A DNA stretch of 64,000 bases from an uncultured Acidobacteriota bacterium (GTDB lineage: Bacteria; Acidobacteriota; Thermoanaerobaculia; Gp7-AA8): the NCBI GenBank assembly GCA_963741955.1, contig CAVUKB010000005.1:96001-160000 (forward strand), in the 5' to 3' direction. The notes beneath the pieces are model-generated. The model was not told where the DNA came from. It did no database searches and worked only from the letters and a program-made list of their open reading frames with translations. The stretch's first letter is position 1, and every line of letters starts with the position of its first letter. Shown one piece after another: positions 1 through 8,511 of the stretch. The translations under genes and the position numbers were made by a program.

Positions 1-1012
1 TGAACTCCTCTTTCGAGTAGGTCCGGGTCACGTGGCGCGTGCCGAGCGTCTTCGCGACGAGCTCCGCAACGGGTGTCTCGTCATTCCGCGTGTTCTCGTA
101 CTCGGCGAATTTGATGGTGATGGTCGTCAGGGGAGAGGTGGAAGGTATTGAAGCCGCGTGCGCGACGACTGCGGTCGAATCCTTTCCGCCGGAGAGAAAG
201 GCACCGACCGGGACGTCGGAGACGAGGTGATGGCGGACCGACTCTTCAATCGCGTCGGTGACCAGTTCCTGGCGCTCTGCGTCCGTCATCTGCCGCTGTT
301 CCGACCATGCATCCCGCAGCACTCCGGCAACTGAAAAATACGAGACCGGATCGGAGCTTCCGCGCTCGTCCACGGTGAGAAACGATCCGGCGGGGAGGGA
401 ACGGACTGCACGGACCGTGGTGAAGGGCTGCATGACGTGACCCCAGAGGAAGAAGCTGGCGACGCCCGCAGGGTCGGACGCGCCGGAGACGGCGCCGGAT
501 TCCACCAGTGGTCTGACCCGCGACGCGAGACGGAAAGTCGCTCCGTCGTCTGCGTAGTAGAGCGGCTTGATGCCGTAGGGATCGCGAGCAACGAAGAGCG
601 ATCGCGCCGACTGGTCCCAGATGCAGAAGGCGAACATTCCACGCAGGAGCTCGAGCATCCGGCTTCCCGAGGTGCGATAGAGCTCGAGGAGGACCTCGGT
701 ATCGGAGTGGGTGCGGAAGCGTGCGCCTGTCGATTCGAGCTGTGCGCGCAGCTCACGGAAGTTGTAGATCTCGCCATTGAACGCGATGACGTATCTGCCA
801 TCCGAGCTCGTCATCGGCTGAGCCGCAGCGGCGGAGAGGTCGATGATGGAGAGGCGGCGGTGTGCCATGCCGACGCGACCGCCGGCAGAGATCCAGTCGC
901 CGGAGCCGTCCGGACCTCGTGCTTCCATCCGTTCGGACGTTGCGAGCAGTTCCACCCGGTCGACCGGATCGGCCCGTTCGCCATAGGCGAAAACCGCATT
1001 GATCCCACACAC
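1..1012 (-). CDS. asnB: asparagine synthase (glutamine-hydrolysing) / AsnB-type amidotransferase, 3'-truncated by window edge
   Basis: Not in ORF track because it runs off the window. GTG at 1012 reads (M)CGINAVFAY...EARGPDGSG...GMAHRRLSIIDLS: Ntn N-terminal Cys, RGPD and HRRLSIID motifs. Confidence 0.9.
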   Translation of the reverse strand, partial: MCGINAVFAYGERADPVDRVELLATSERMEARGPDGSGDWISAGGRVGMAHRRLSIIDLSAAAAQPMTSSDGRYVIAFNGEIYNFRELRAQLESTGARFRTHSDTEVLLELYRTSGSRMLELLRGMFAFCIWDQSARSLFVARDPYGIKPLYYADDGATFRLASRVRPLVESGAVSGASDPAGVASFFLWGHVMQPFTTVRAVRSLPAGSFLTVDERGSSDPVSYFSVAGVLRDAWSEQRQMTDAERQELVTDAIEESVRHHLVSDVPVGAFLSGGKDSTAVVAHAASIPSTSPLTTITIKFAEYENTRNDETPVAELVAKTLGTRHVTRTYSKEEF

Positions 1013-1020
1013 TCAGTCGC

Positions 1021-1026
1021 AGTATA
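1021..1026 (-). promoter_or_regulatory. -10 box TATACT 8 nt upstream of asnB GTG (leaderless-type promoter)
   Basis: TATACT-gcgactga-GTG on minus strand; no Shine-Dalgarno. Confidence 0.55.
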
Positions 1027-1080
1027 CGCCAGCGTTTGCTTGATCCGTCACCGCAGCAGAGATGGTGTGAGAAATGCGGG

Positions 1081-1247
1081 CTAGGAGTCTGCGCGATAGA
1101 AACTGTCCCACTGCGAAAGCGGATCAACGGTCCAAATCCGCCCGGATTTTAGGCGAGTAGCCACCGCTACGCACCTCAAATCCGAACGAATTTGGCCTCG
1201 CCGCTCCGCTTTCTCGCTACGGACGTTCCTACCGCGCAGACTCCTGG
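1081..1247. mobile_element. palindromic MITE-like element (~167 bp) with terminal inverted repeats and CTAG flank
   Basis: Left end CTAG-GAGTCTGCGCGATAGAAAC, right end GTTCCTACCGCGCAGACTC-CTGG; whole element folds as one long imperfect hairpin centred on GTAGC-CACC-GCTAC; right half recurs at 21898-21960. Confidence 0.75.
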
Positions 1248-2119
1248 GACGGAGAGCTTTCCGATGCGCCGATCATGTCGGCAGGATGAAATCCGAAACT
1301 GAGGCGGAGCGTCGCGTATTCAGGGTGAACGGTACCGTCTGCGCGGCGGATCACGAGGGGTGGTTCGATCACCGGTTTTCCTTCACTCTCTCCGTGAAAA
1401 CTCGAAGGAAGGTCGACGGCGCGTGAGGTCGCGAAGAGGGAGATCGAGGGATTCTCTCCTTCCTGGAATACGACGTCGCGGCGCCTCAGAAGGATCAGCC
1501 CTTCCTCCTGGAGTGCTGCCTCCGCCCTTTTCGTCCCACCGGTCGGGAAGACGAACGCGAAGACTCCTCCCGGGGCGAGGATGCGAGCCGCGGTCTCCGC
1601 ATAATCGGAGATGCTGCCGCGCATCTCGATACGCGCGCCGACCGCTTGTGCACGGTGCGACGGAGACGCGGTTCCCAGCGGAAAATAGGGAGGCGATCCG
1701 AGAACGAGATCGAATGGCTCGTCTCCTTCGAAGAGTGCCGGATCGCGGAGATCGCCGTGGAGAAGTTTGAATCGTTCTGCGAGTCCGTTGTACCTGATGC
1801 TCTTGCGTGCGAGCCGGATCGACTCCTCCTGAGCTTCGGCGGTGACGAATCGAGCGCCCGGAAGCCTCCATGCCGCGACGAGCGCGACCGATCCGATTCC
1901 GGAGCCGAGGTCCGCCGCGCGCTCCACGCGGGGAGCCCATTGAGTGCCGTACCAGGCGGTGAGGACGTCGTCGGTCGAGAAGCGATGACCGCGAGCGTAC
2001 TGAAAGACCCGGTAGTGGCCAGAGATGTAGCTGAGCGTCTCGCCCTCCTCGGGCTGGATGCCCCCGGGAGGGATCGGTCCCGGACGGCGCCAGCCGCGGT
2101 AGTGGAGAGAATCACTCAT
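1229..2119 (-). CDS. SAM-dependent methyltransferase, tRNA1(Val) m6A37 (TrmN6/YfiC)-like family
   Basis: GHRFSTDDVL, DLGSGIG (motif I), LVLGSPPYF (NPPY-like motif IV). Start at ATG 2119 (MSDSLHY) chosen over GTG 2161. Confidence 0.8.
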   Translation of the reverse strand: MSDSLHYRGWRRPGPIPPGGIQPEEGETLSYISGHYRVFQYARGHRFSTDDVLTAWYGTQWAPRVERAADLGSGIGSVALVAAWRLPGARFVTAEAQEESIRLARKSIRYNGLAERFKLLHGDLRDPALFEGDEPFDLVLGSPPYFPLGTASPSHRAQAVGARIEMRGSISDYAETAARILAPGGVFAFVFPTGGTKRAEAALQEEGLILLRRRDVVFQEGENPSISLFATSRAVDLPSSFHGESEGKPVIEPPLVIRRADGTVHPEYATLRLSFGFHPADMIGASESSPSQESAR

Positions 2120-2199
2120 CGGCAGTTCGTTTCGGGAGCGGCGGCCGAAGCGGTCGCGCACATCGGTTCCATCGGATCTTACGCGATTTCAACCCGGCA

Positions 2200-2210
2200 C
2201 AGACTCCTAG
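2200..2210. repeat. isolated right terminal repeat of the MITE family (CAGACTCCTAG)
   Basis: Exact reverse complement of CTAGGAGTCTG at 1081-1091. Confidence 0.55.
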
Positions 2211-2244
2211 CCCGCCGGCGTTCCGTAGTGACGCGAACCCGGAC

Positions 2245-4182
2245 TCACTTCACGTGCTTGTGTTTCTCCACGATCTGGTCGACGACGCCCGGATCGGCCA
2301 GCGTGGTCAGATCACCGAGCTGTTCGTACTCGCCCGAGGCGACGTTGCGGAGAATGCGGCGCATGATTTTTCCCGATCGGGTCTTCGGCAGACCGGGGAC
2401 GATCTGGATCGAATCGGGAACGGCGATCGGACCGATCGCGTGGCGGACCTGTTCCTTCAGCGCTCCGACGATCTGCTCCGGCGACTCGTTCTGGTATTCG
2501 GGAGTGAGGATCACGTATGCGTAGATCCCGGTGCCCTTGATGTCGTGAGGATAGCCGACCACCGCTGCTTCGGCGACCGCTTCGTGGCTGACGAGAGCGC
2601 TCTCGACCTCGGCGGTGCCGAGGCGATGACCGGAAACGTTGAGGACATCGTCGACACGTCCGGTGATCCAGTAGTTGCCGTTCTCGTCGCGGCGGCAACC
2701 GTCACCGGTGAAATAGCGTCCGGGGAAGCGTTTGAAATAGGTTTCCTGAAAACGGGAATGATCGCCCCAGATGGTGCGGGCCTGTCCGGGCCAGGTGCGG
2801 TCGATGCAGAGATACCCGTTGACTCCGTTCCCTTCGAGCACTTTTCCGTTCTCGTCGACGAGTAGAGGGACGATGCCGAAGAAGGGACGGGTAGCGGAGC
2901 CTGGCTCGAGCGGCGTCGCGCCGGGGAGGGGAGTGATCATGATCCCGCCCGTCTCGGTCTGCCACCAGGTGTCGACGACAGGACAGCGTCCCTCTCCCAC
3001 CACGTCGTGGTACCACTTCCAGATCTCCGGGTTGATCGGTTCCCCGACCGTCCCGAGGACCCGGAGCGAGCTTCGGTCGTATTTTCGGACCCATTCGTCG
3101 CCTTCGCGTGCGATCGCTCGGATCGCCGTCGGCGCGGTGTAGAAGACGTTGATCTTCAGGTCTTCGACCATCCGCCAGTAGCGGCCGGCATCCGGATAGA
3201 GGGGCGTGGACTCGAACATCACGGTCGTGGTCCCGTTCGCCAGGGGGCCGTAGATGATGTAGCTGTGTCCCGTGATCCATCCGATGTCGGCCGCACAGCA
3301 GTAGACGGTGTCCGGATGAATGTCGAACACGTACTTGTGGGTCATCGCCGCGTAGAGAAGGTATCCGGCGGTGGTGTGGAGCACGCCTTTCGGTTTTCCG
3401 GTAGAGCCTGAAGTGTAGAGGATGAAGAGCGGCGATTCCGAGGACATCCATACCACAGGGCAGGTCGAACGCTGCTTTCTCGTCTCTTCATGGAGCCAGA
3501 GATCGCGACCGGCACGCATCGGAACGGACGTCTCGGTGCGTTGCACCACCAGGACCTTTTCCACGGTGGAGAGTCCTTCGATGGCCTGATCTGCCATCGC
3601 CTTGAGCGGAATGGCGCGCCCGCCGCGAAGGCCTTCGTTTGCGGTGATGAGCATTTTGCATCCGGCATCGAGGATTCGTTCGCGCAACGATTCCGATGAA
3701 AATCCGGCGAAGACGATCGAGTGCACCGCACCTATGCGCGCACACGCGAGCATGGTGTAGGCGAGCTCGGGAACCATCGGGAGGTAAATGCAGACCCGAT
3801 CGCCCTTCTGCACGCCGTGAGCGAGGAGGACGTTCGCGACGCGAGCCACTTCGTGCTTCAGTTCCCGGAACGTGATGTGGCGGTATTGTCCCGGTTCGTC
3901 GGCCGCCCAGATGATCGCCGTCTTGTCGGCCTTGTCCTCCAGGTGACGGTCCACGCAGTTGAAACAGGCATTCAGCCGCCCCCCCGAGAACCAGGCGAAG
4001 TCGACCTCGTCCAGGTCGACGTCGAGCACGTTGCGAGGTGGATGGAACCATTCGAGATAGCTCTGGGCCTGCTCCATCCAGAACTCGTCCGGCTGGTCGA
4101 CCGAACGGCGGTAGAGCTTCTCGTACTCTTCCATGCTCTTGACATGAGCATTTGCGGAGATTTCGGGCTTCACTGGGATCAT
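2245..4182 (-). CDS. acs: acetate--CoA ligase (acetyl-CoA synthetase)
   Basis: [33 protein letters not shown]; SD AAGGAGG; TATAAT at 4224-4229 (minus). Confidence 0.97.
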   Translation of the reverse strand: MIPVKPEISANAHVKSMEEYEKLYRRSVDQPDEFWMEQAQSYLEWFHPPRNVLDVDLDEVDFAWFSGGRLNACFNCVDRHLEDKADKTAIIWAADEPGQYRHITFRELKHEVARVANVLLAHGVQKGDRVCIYLPMVPELAYTMLACARIGAVHSIVFAGFSSESLRERILDAGCKMLITANEGLRGGRAIPLKAMADQAIEGLSTVEKVLVVQRTETSVPMRAGRDLWLHEETRKQRSTCPVVWMSSESPLFILYTSGSTGKPKGVLHTTAGYLLYAAMTHKYVFDIHPDTVYCCAADIGWITGHSYIIYGPLANGTTTVMFESTPLYPDAGRYWRMVEDLKINVFYTAPTAIRAIAREGDEWVRKYDRSSLRVLGTVGEPINPEIWKWYHDVVGEGRCPVVDTWWQTETGGIMITPLPGATPLEPGSATRPFFGIVPLLVDENGKVLEGNGVNGYLCIDRTWPGQARTIWGDHSRFQETYFKRFPGRYFTGDGCRRDENGNYWITGRVDDVLNVSGHRLGTAEVESALVSHEAVAEAAVVGYPHDIKGTGIYAYVILTPEYQNESPEQIVGALKEQVRHAIGPIAVPDSIQIVPGLPKTRSGKIMRRILRNVASGEYEQLGDLTTLADPGVVDQIVEKHKHVK

Positions 4183-4421
4183 CCGGATCCTCCTTCTGGT
4201 GTCGACGTGTTTCGGGAGCGGAGATTATAGCGAACGGTCGGTCTCATGCATCTGCCGTGCGCAACCGGCTCAGAGTCGCTGCAGGGATTGTCGGGCCGAT
4301 CGGCACGAAGTGACCGAGAGAGGAGGTCGATTCGGAATAGAATATTTCGAGCCCCCGGGAGGGCCGCTCCGTCGGGTTCAGGAGAGAGGTGCTCGAGGCG
4401 TGCAGACGCGGGCGAAGAAAC

Positions 4422-4898
4422 CTATCGCGATTCCGGCCGGATCTCGATGCCGAACGGAACCGAACTGCCGGGAGTGGCGAGCATCTCGACGTCCGAAGTC
4501 TCGTTGGGGATGGTCAATGTCACGCGGGTTTCGTCGCAACTCTTGATCGTGGGGGTGGTGATCCGGTCGACCCCCAGATCTCGGGATTCGAACTGCATGC
4601 AGGGATCGACGCATGGCGGATCTCCCGCCGCGGCGGGATGCTCACTGCAGTAGTTCGGATCGGTACGAAGACAACGGGTGTAGGTACGCGAGACGACCAG
4701 GGTGGCCGTGCCGGAGAGCTCACCGTAATTCTTCACGGTGATGGTCAGGATTCCGGTTTTCGAATCCGAAGCCTTGAAATCTGCGCCGGTCACCGAAAAT
4801 ATCGCTCCGCGCTCCTCTGTCTGAGCGAATGCGGCGAGAGCGAAGGTCGAGAACAGCATGAGGATCACGGTCGAGGTACGTTGACGCGCAGGGGTCAT
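4422..4898 (-). CDS. hypothetical secreted Cys-containing protein
   Basis: SD AAGGAGG before ATG 4898; signal peptide MTPARQRTSTVILMLFSTFALAAFA; five Cys in mature part. Confidence 0.7.
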   Translation of the reverse strand: MTPARQRTSTVILMLFSTFALAAFAQTEERGAIFSVTGADFKASDSKTGILTITVKNYGELSGTATLVVSRTYTRCLRTDPNYCSEHPAAAGDPPCVDPCMQFESRDLGVDRITTPTIKSCDETRVTLTIPNETSDVEMLATPGSSVPFGIEIRPESR

Positions 4899-5114
4899 CA
4901 GATCCTCCTTTCGTCGTCCAGTCACGTCCGGCTGACGAAGACGGCTCTGATTCTCAAGATAGAGACCGGGCCGCGGTCGGAAATGATGCGTTCGCATCAG
5001 ACGAAACCGGCATGGACCCGGCACGTCTCAACTGCAGACGAAGAATTGACTCGGGAGCGTATTTCGCGTAACAAACGCTCCGGCAGGCCAAGAATCGAAA
5101 CAGAAGGAGAGTGG

Positions 5115-5717
5115 ATGAGCAGAAAGATCGTAGGTACCATGACCGTCATCATGGCCCTCGCCCTCGTAGGGTGCCGTTCCGACGGGGGAACGCAGACGAC
5201 GGCGACCGAAAGCACCGCAGGCCAGGCGACTGCGACCACCCCGGCGCCCTCCACGGCACCCCCTGCAACCCAGACCGTTGCCACGTCGAGCGCTCCGGCT
5301 GAAACCAGCACCGCGGTCATTCCGGCGACCACGTCTTCCGTGAGCAAGGCCCCGGGAAGTCCGGCTCTGATCAAGGAGTCCAACGTTCCGTTCCCGGATG
5401 TCCCCAGGATCATGCCGGACGAGTTGAAGAAGCTGTACGACTCCGGCAACGTCGTCATCGTGGATGCCCGATCCGCGATCGACTACTACAACGACCATAT
5501 CAAAGGAGCACGAACGATCCCTCTGGTCCAGCTGCCGATGAAGATGAACGAGCTGCCGAAAGACCGGATGGTGGTCGCGTACTGCACGTGACCGGACGAA
5601 GAGACGAGCGCCCGTGCGGCGCATGAGCTCGAGCAGGCCGGATTCACCCACGTCGCGGCGCTCAAAGGCGGATTTCACGCCTGGGAGAACGCCGGATACC
5701 CGACCGAAAAGCAGTAA
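5115..5717 (+). CDS. rhodanese-domain lipoprotein, probable selenoprotein (in-frame TGA 5589-5591 read as Sec)
   Basis: SD GAAGGAG; lipobox LVGC; Thr/Ala/Pro linker; IVDAR...HIKGA...VVAYCT-TGA-PDEETSARAAHELEQAGFTHVAALKGGFHAWENAGYP to TAA 5715-5717; the rhodanese fold is completed only by readthrough. Confidence 0.85.
5592..5631 (+). promoter_or_regulatory. candidate bacterial SECIS hairpin
   Basis: Stem GCGCC(5608-5612)/GGCGC(5618-5622) closing loop CGUGC, 21 nt after UGA, with G followed by U at loop position 2. Confidence 0.6.
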
Positions 5718-5739
5718 GAAGCGGATCTTCCATCGCGGC

Positions 5740-5773
5740 GAGGCAACGGCGCAGGCCGTTGCCTCTTTCTTTT
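5740..5773 (+). terminator. rho-independent terminator
   Basis: GAGGCAACGGC-GCAG-GCCGTTGCCTC followed by TTTCTTTT, placed after the TAA at 5717 rather than after the TGA at 5591. Confidence 0.85.
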
Positions 5774-6249
5774 GATCCTTCGACGTATTTTCGATTCCCT
5801 CCGCACGACTCCTTTCTCTGGAAGGATTCGAGGAGCCGGAAGAATGTCGAGTACGTCCTGGAATCCCTGGCGGAGCCGGCACGTCCGAAGCGCGGAAGTG
5901 CCCGGCGGACCGCTTGCGCGCGGCTATCCAACGATAGGACGAAAGAGACCCCTCTCGATAGTGAGATCCCGCGCGTCAGGAATGCTACGATGGAGCGCGC
6001 ATTCGTGAGGTCGAAGTGCGTCGTGCAGCTGAGCGAATCGGGGCGGCGATCTCGATCGGAAAGAATTCCGGAGTCACGGTGGGGATGAATCACGCGCAGA
6101 ATCGACAGGACGCGGAATCGCAGGAAGCGGGAACGCGGGGGTGGAGGAACGGCATGAGTTTTCAGCCGACCGGCATTGAATTCTTGTCAAATCACTCCAG
6201 TCTTGCTATTGAGGATCCGTCAGCAGCGGGCGGACGTCCGATACTCGTC

Positions 6250-6912
6250 ATGAACAATGGTTCGCGGGAACGCCGCAAGTACGAACGGGTGACCCTACCC
6301 AAGCCGTGGCCTGCCCGCTTGGACAATGGCCGAGCGTATCTCACCGAACTGTCGATCAACGACGCGCGCATTCTCCATCAGGGACGGATTCCGGAAGGAG
6401 AGACGCGATCGCTCCAGTTCGAGTGGGAAGGCTATCCTCTGACGTTCCGCTGCCAGATCGAGAAGAGCGACATCGAACGACTCTCGAATGAATCTCCCAG
6501 CAAGACCATCTACCGGAGCGAAGTCGTCCTTCTGAATCTCGGAACCAGTGCCTCCGGATCACAGCTTCGTGAAATGGTCGCGGACCACGTCCGTCGCGCG
6601 CTCGACGAGCAGAAGGCGAACGCCCGCGGCATTCCCGCGCTCGCCGCGAACTCCTACCAGACCGGATCGGCAGAGAAGGGCTATCTCACCTTCCGGTTCG
6701 TGCGGGGAGAGTGGGTGCGCTCAGAGACGAACGACCCGAAGCAGCCGATCGACGGATTCACCATCGCGGCAACCGAGGATCCGGAACAGATCGAGCTGCT
6801 TTGCACCAGCTACGTCGACGCGGATCACGAGGGACGGAAGATGATCCGGAAGATGGCGGAGTTGAGCGTGAGCGCCCTCGAAGGGATTCCCACCCGCAGA
6901 TACAAACCGTGA
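6250..6912 (+). CDS. PilZ-like domain protein
   Basis: ERRKYER (RxxxR) at N-terminus followed by beta-rich segment; second motif degenerate (ELSIND instead of D/NxSxxG). Confidence 0.65.
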   Translation: MNNGSRERRKYERVTLPKPWPARLDNGRAYLTELSINDARILHQGRIPEGETRSLQFEWEGYPLTFRCQIEKSDIERLSNESPSKTIYRSEVVLLNLGTSASGSQLREMVADHVRRALDEQKANARGIPALAANSYQTGSAEKGYLTFRFVRGEWVRSETNDPKQPIDGFTIAATEDPEQIELLCTSYVDADHEGRKMIRKMAELSVSALEGIPTRRYKP

Positions 6913-6941
6913 GCCGGTGATTCGAGATCCCGGCCCCACGC

Positions 6942-7994
6942 TCAGGCGGCGACGACGCGCCGGATCGGGAAAAGTAGAACCATGCTGGTTCCGACCCCCT
7001 CGATGCTGGTAACTGCGACCTCGCCGCCATGCGCCTCGACGACCTGCTTCACGATATAGAGGCCCAGGCCCGTTCCGCCCCCGCCACGCAGTGACTTGTT
7101 CTTGGTCTGCTTGTACTTCTGAAAGAGCTGCGCGACCTGATCGGGCTTGATGCCGATCCCCGAGTCGGTCACCGTCACCACGATGGCGTTCGGACCCTCT
7201 TCGTCCCGGACCACCTGCGCGCCGACCGAGATCACGCCCTGCTTCGGAGTGAATTTGAGAGCATTGCTCACCAGGTTGATCACGACCTGAGTGAGCTTCT
7301 CGATGCTTCCCGAGAAGGGGGGGAGCTCCGACGGATGGGCACTGAGAAGAAAGATGTCGTCGCGGGTAGCCACCGATTGCATACTCATCACGGAGCGCTT
7401 GAGGATGCCGGCGAGCCGCACCGGTTCCTTCTCGACCACGAAGTTCCCCGACTCGATTTTCGAGAAGTCGAGCAGCTCGTTGATCAGGCTCATCATCCGC
7501 TCCGATTCGCGGGACGCCTCACGCAGCAGCTCGTCCTGCATCTGATCGAGGCGGCTCGGCGTCTGCCCGAGGACGAATTCGAGCGTGCCCTGAATGCCTG
7601 AAAGAGGACCACGGAGATCGTGAACGATCATCGAGGTGAAGTCGGATTTCGCCTGTTCCATCTCCCGCTCGCGGGTGACGTCCTCGAAAGTGAGGGCGAC
7701 GGCGGGACTCTCGCCGCGCGAGATGTCGATCCGGTCGACGCGGTAAGTACGCCCGCTGAAGTCGGCGTCCACCGAATCGTCGTCCGCATCGGCGGCGAAG
7801 AACCGCTGCAGCCACCCGCGCTCACCGCCGACCACGCGCGCGGCGCTTCGCAGCCACTGTTCGCCTTCACCGCCGAACGTTTCGGCGAAAGCCTCGTTCC
7901 GGAACTGGATCTGTCCGCTGTCGTTCACCACCACGACTGCCACCGGAAGGCGGTCGAGAAGAGTGGTGACCATCGGGATCTGTGCAGGGCTCAT
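6942..7994 (-). CDS. cytoplasmic sensor histidine kinase (PAS-like + HisKA + HATPase)
   Basis: IVHDLRGPL H-box, NLVSNALKFT, DSGIGI, GTGLGL; no TM segment; ATG 7994 overlaps upstream stop (ATGA). Confidence 0.93.
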   Translation of the reverse strand: MSPAQIPMVTTLLDRLPVAVVVVNDSGQIQFRNEAFAETFGGEGEQWLRSAARVVGGERGWLQRFFAADADDDSVDADFSGRTYRVDRIDISRGESPAVALTFEDVTREREMEQAKSDFTSMIVHDLRGPLSGIQGTLEFVLGQTPSRLDQMQDELLREASRESERMMSLINELLDFSKIESGNFVVEKEPVRLAGILKRSVMSMQSVATRDDIFLLSAHPSELPPFSGSIEKLTQVVINLVSNALKFTPKQGVISVGAQVVRDEEGPNAIVVTVTDSGIGIKPDQVAQLFQKYKQTKNKSLRGGGGTGLGLYIVKQVVEAHGGEVAVTSIEGVGTSMVLLFPIRRVVAA

Positions 7995-8416
7995 ACGGGA
8001 ATGGTTATGGCGCGCTGATACTGAAGGCGCGCGATGTTGAACAGGGTGGTAAAGGTATCGAACGGGCTCAGCTTGAGGAGCTTCTGGATGTCGAGGCGTC
8101 CATCGATCAGGGAGATCAGGTACCCTTCCTGCGCGTTCAGATTGAAACGACCGAAGTCGCTGAGGAACTCGGGCGAAAGCTTCGGAACCGCTTTCAATCC
8201 CTTCGGATTCGCGACGAGCTCCCGGACGATCTGGTTCCTCACGATCTCGATGTAGCCGCGGAGGCGGATGTCGGCAGGGAATCTCTGCCGGGCATCGATG
8301 AGCTGAGAGAGTGTCGGCCACGCTCCGCGAGTGCGGTACGACTCGGCGACCTGGGAGCTCCAGTCGATCGACGGGGAAGACGGTTGTGGCTTCGTCGCGG
8401 TCGGAAATCCGGTCAT
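7991..8416 (-). CDS. hypothetical protein resembling the C-terminal winged-helix-like part of DUF4388 proteins
   Basis: LNAQEGYLISLIDGRLDIQKLLKLSP pattern; TAGAAT 7 nt upstream of ATG; translationally coupled to the kinase. Confidence 0.65.
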   Translation of the reverse strand: MTGFPTATKPQPSSPSIDWSSQVAESYRTRGAWPTLSQLIDARQRFPADIRLRGYIEIVRNQIVRELVANPKGLKAVPKLSPEFLSDFGRFNLNAQEGYLISLIDGRLDIQKLLKLSPFDTFTTLFNIARLQYQRAITIPV

Positions 8417-8511
8417 CCCCCGTATTCTAACCCGTCGCGGTGCGGGAGTGTCCACTCCGCGTGGCGGCTCCGCGATTCCGCAGCGCGCGATCTCCGGGTA
8501 AACTGGAGCCG

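Noticed and set aside
4389-5114. N-terminal 242 aa of the 400-aa ORF 4389-5591
   Set aside because: Overlaps a better minus-strand gene; true start is ATG 5115 with SD and lipoprotein signal.
6150-6185. Sigma-54 promoter-like GGCA motifs upstream of PilZ-like gene
   Set aside because: -12 element is TTCA or TTCT, not TTGC, at the required spacing.
5775-6249. Long spacer upstream of PilZ-like gene as c-di-GMP riboswitch or small ORFs (5759-6088, 5662-6093)
   Set aside because: No riboswitch consensus recognised; ORFs lack SD and motifs and cross the terminator.
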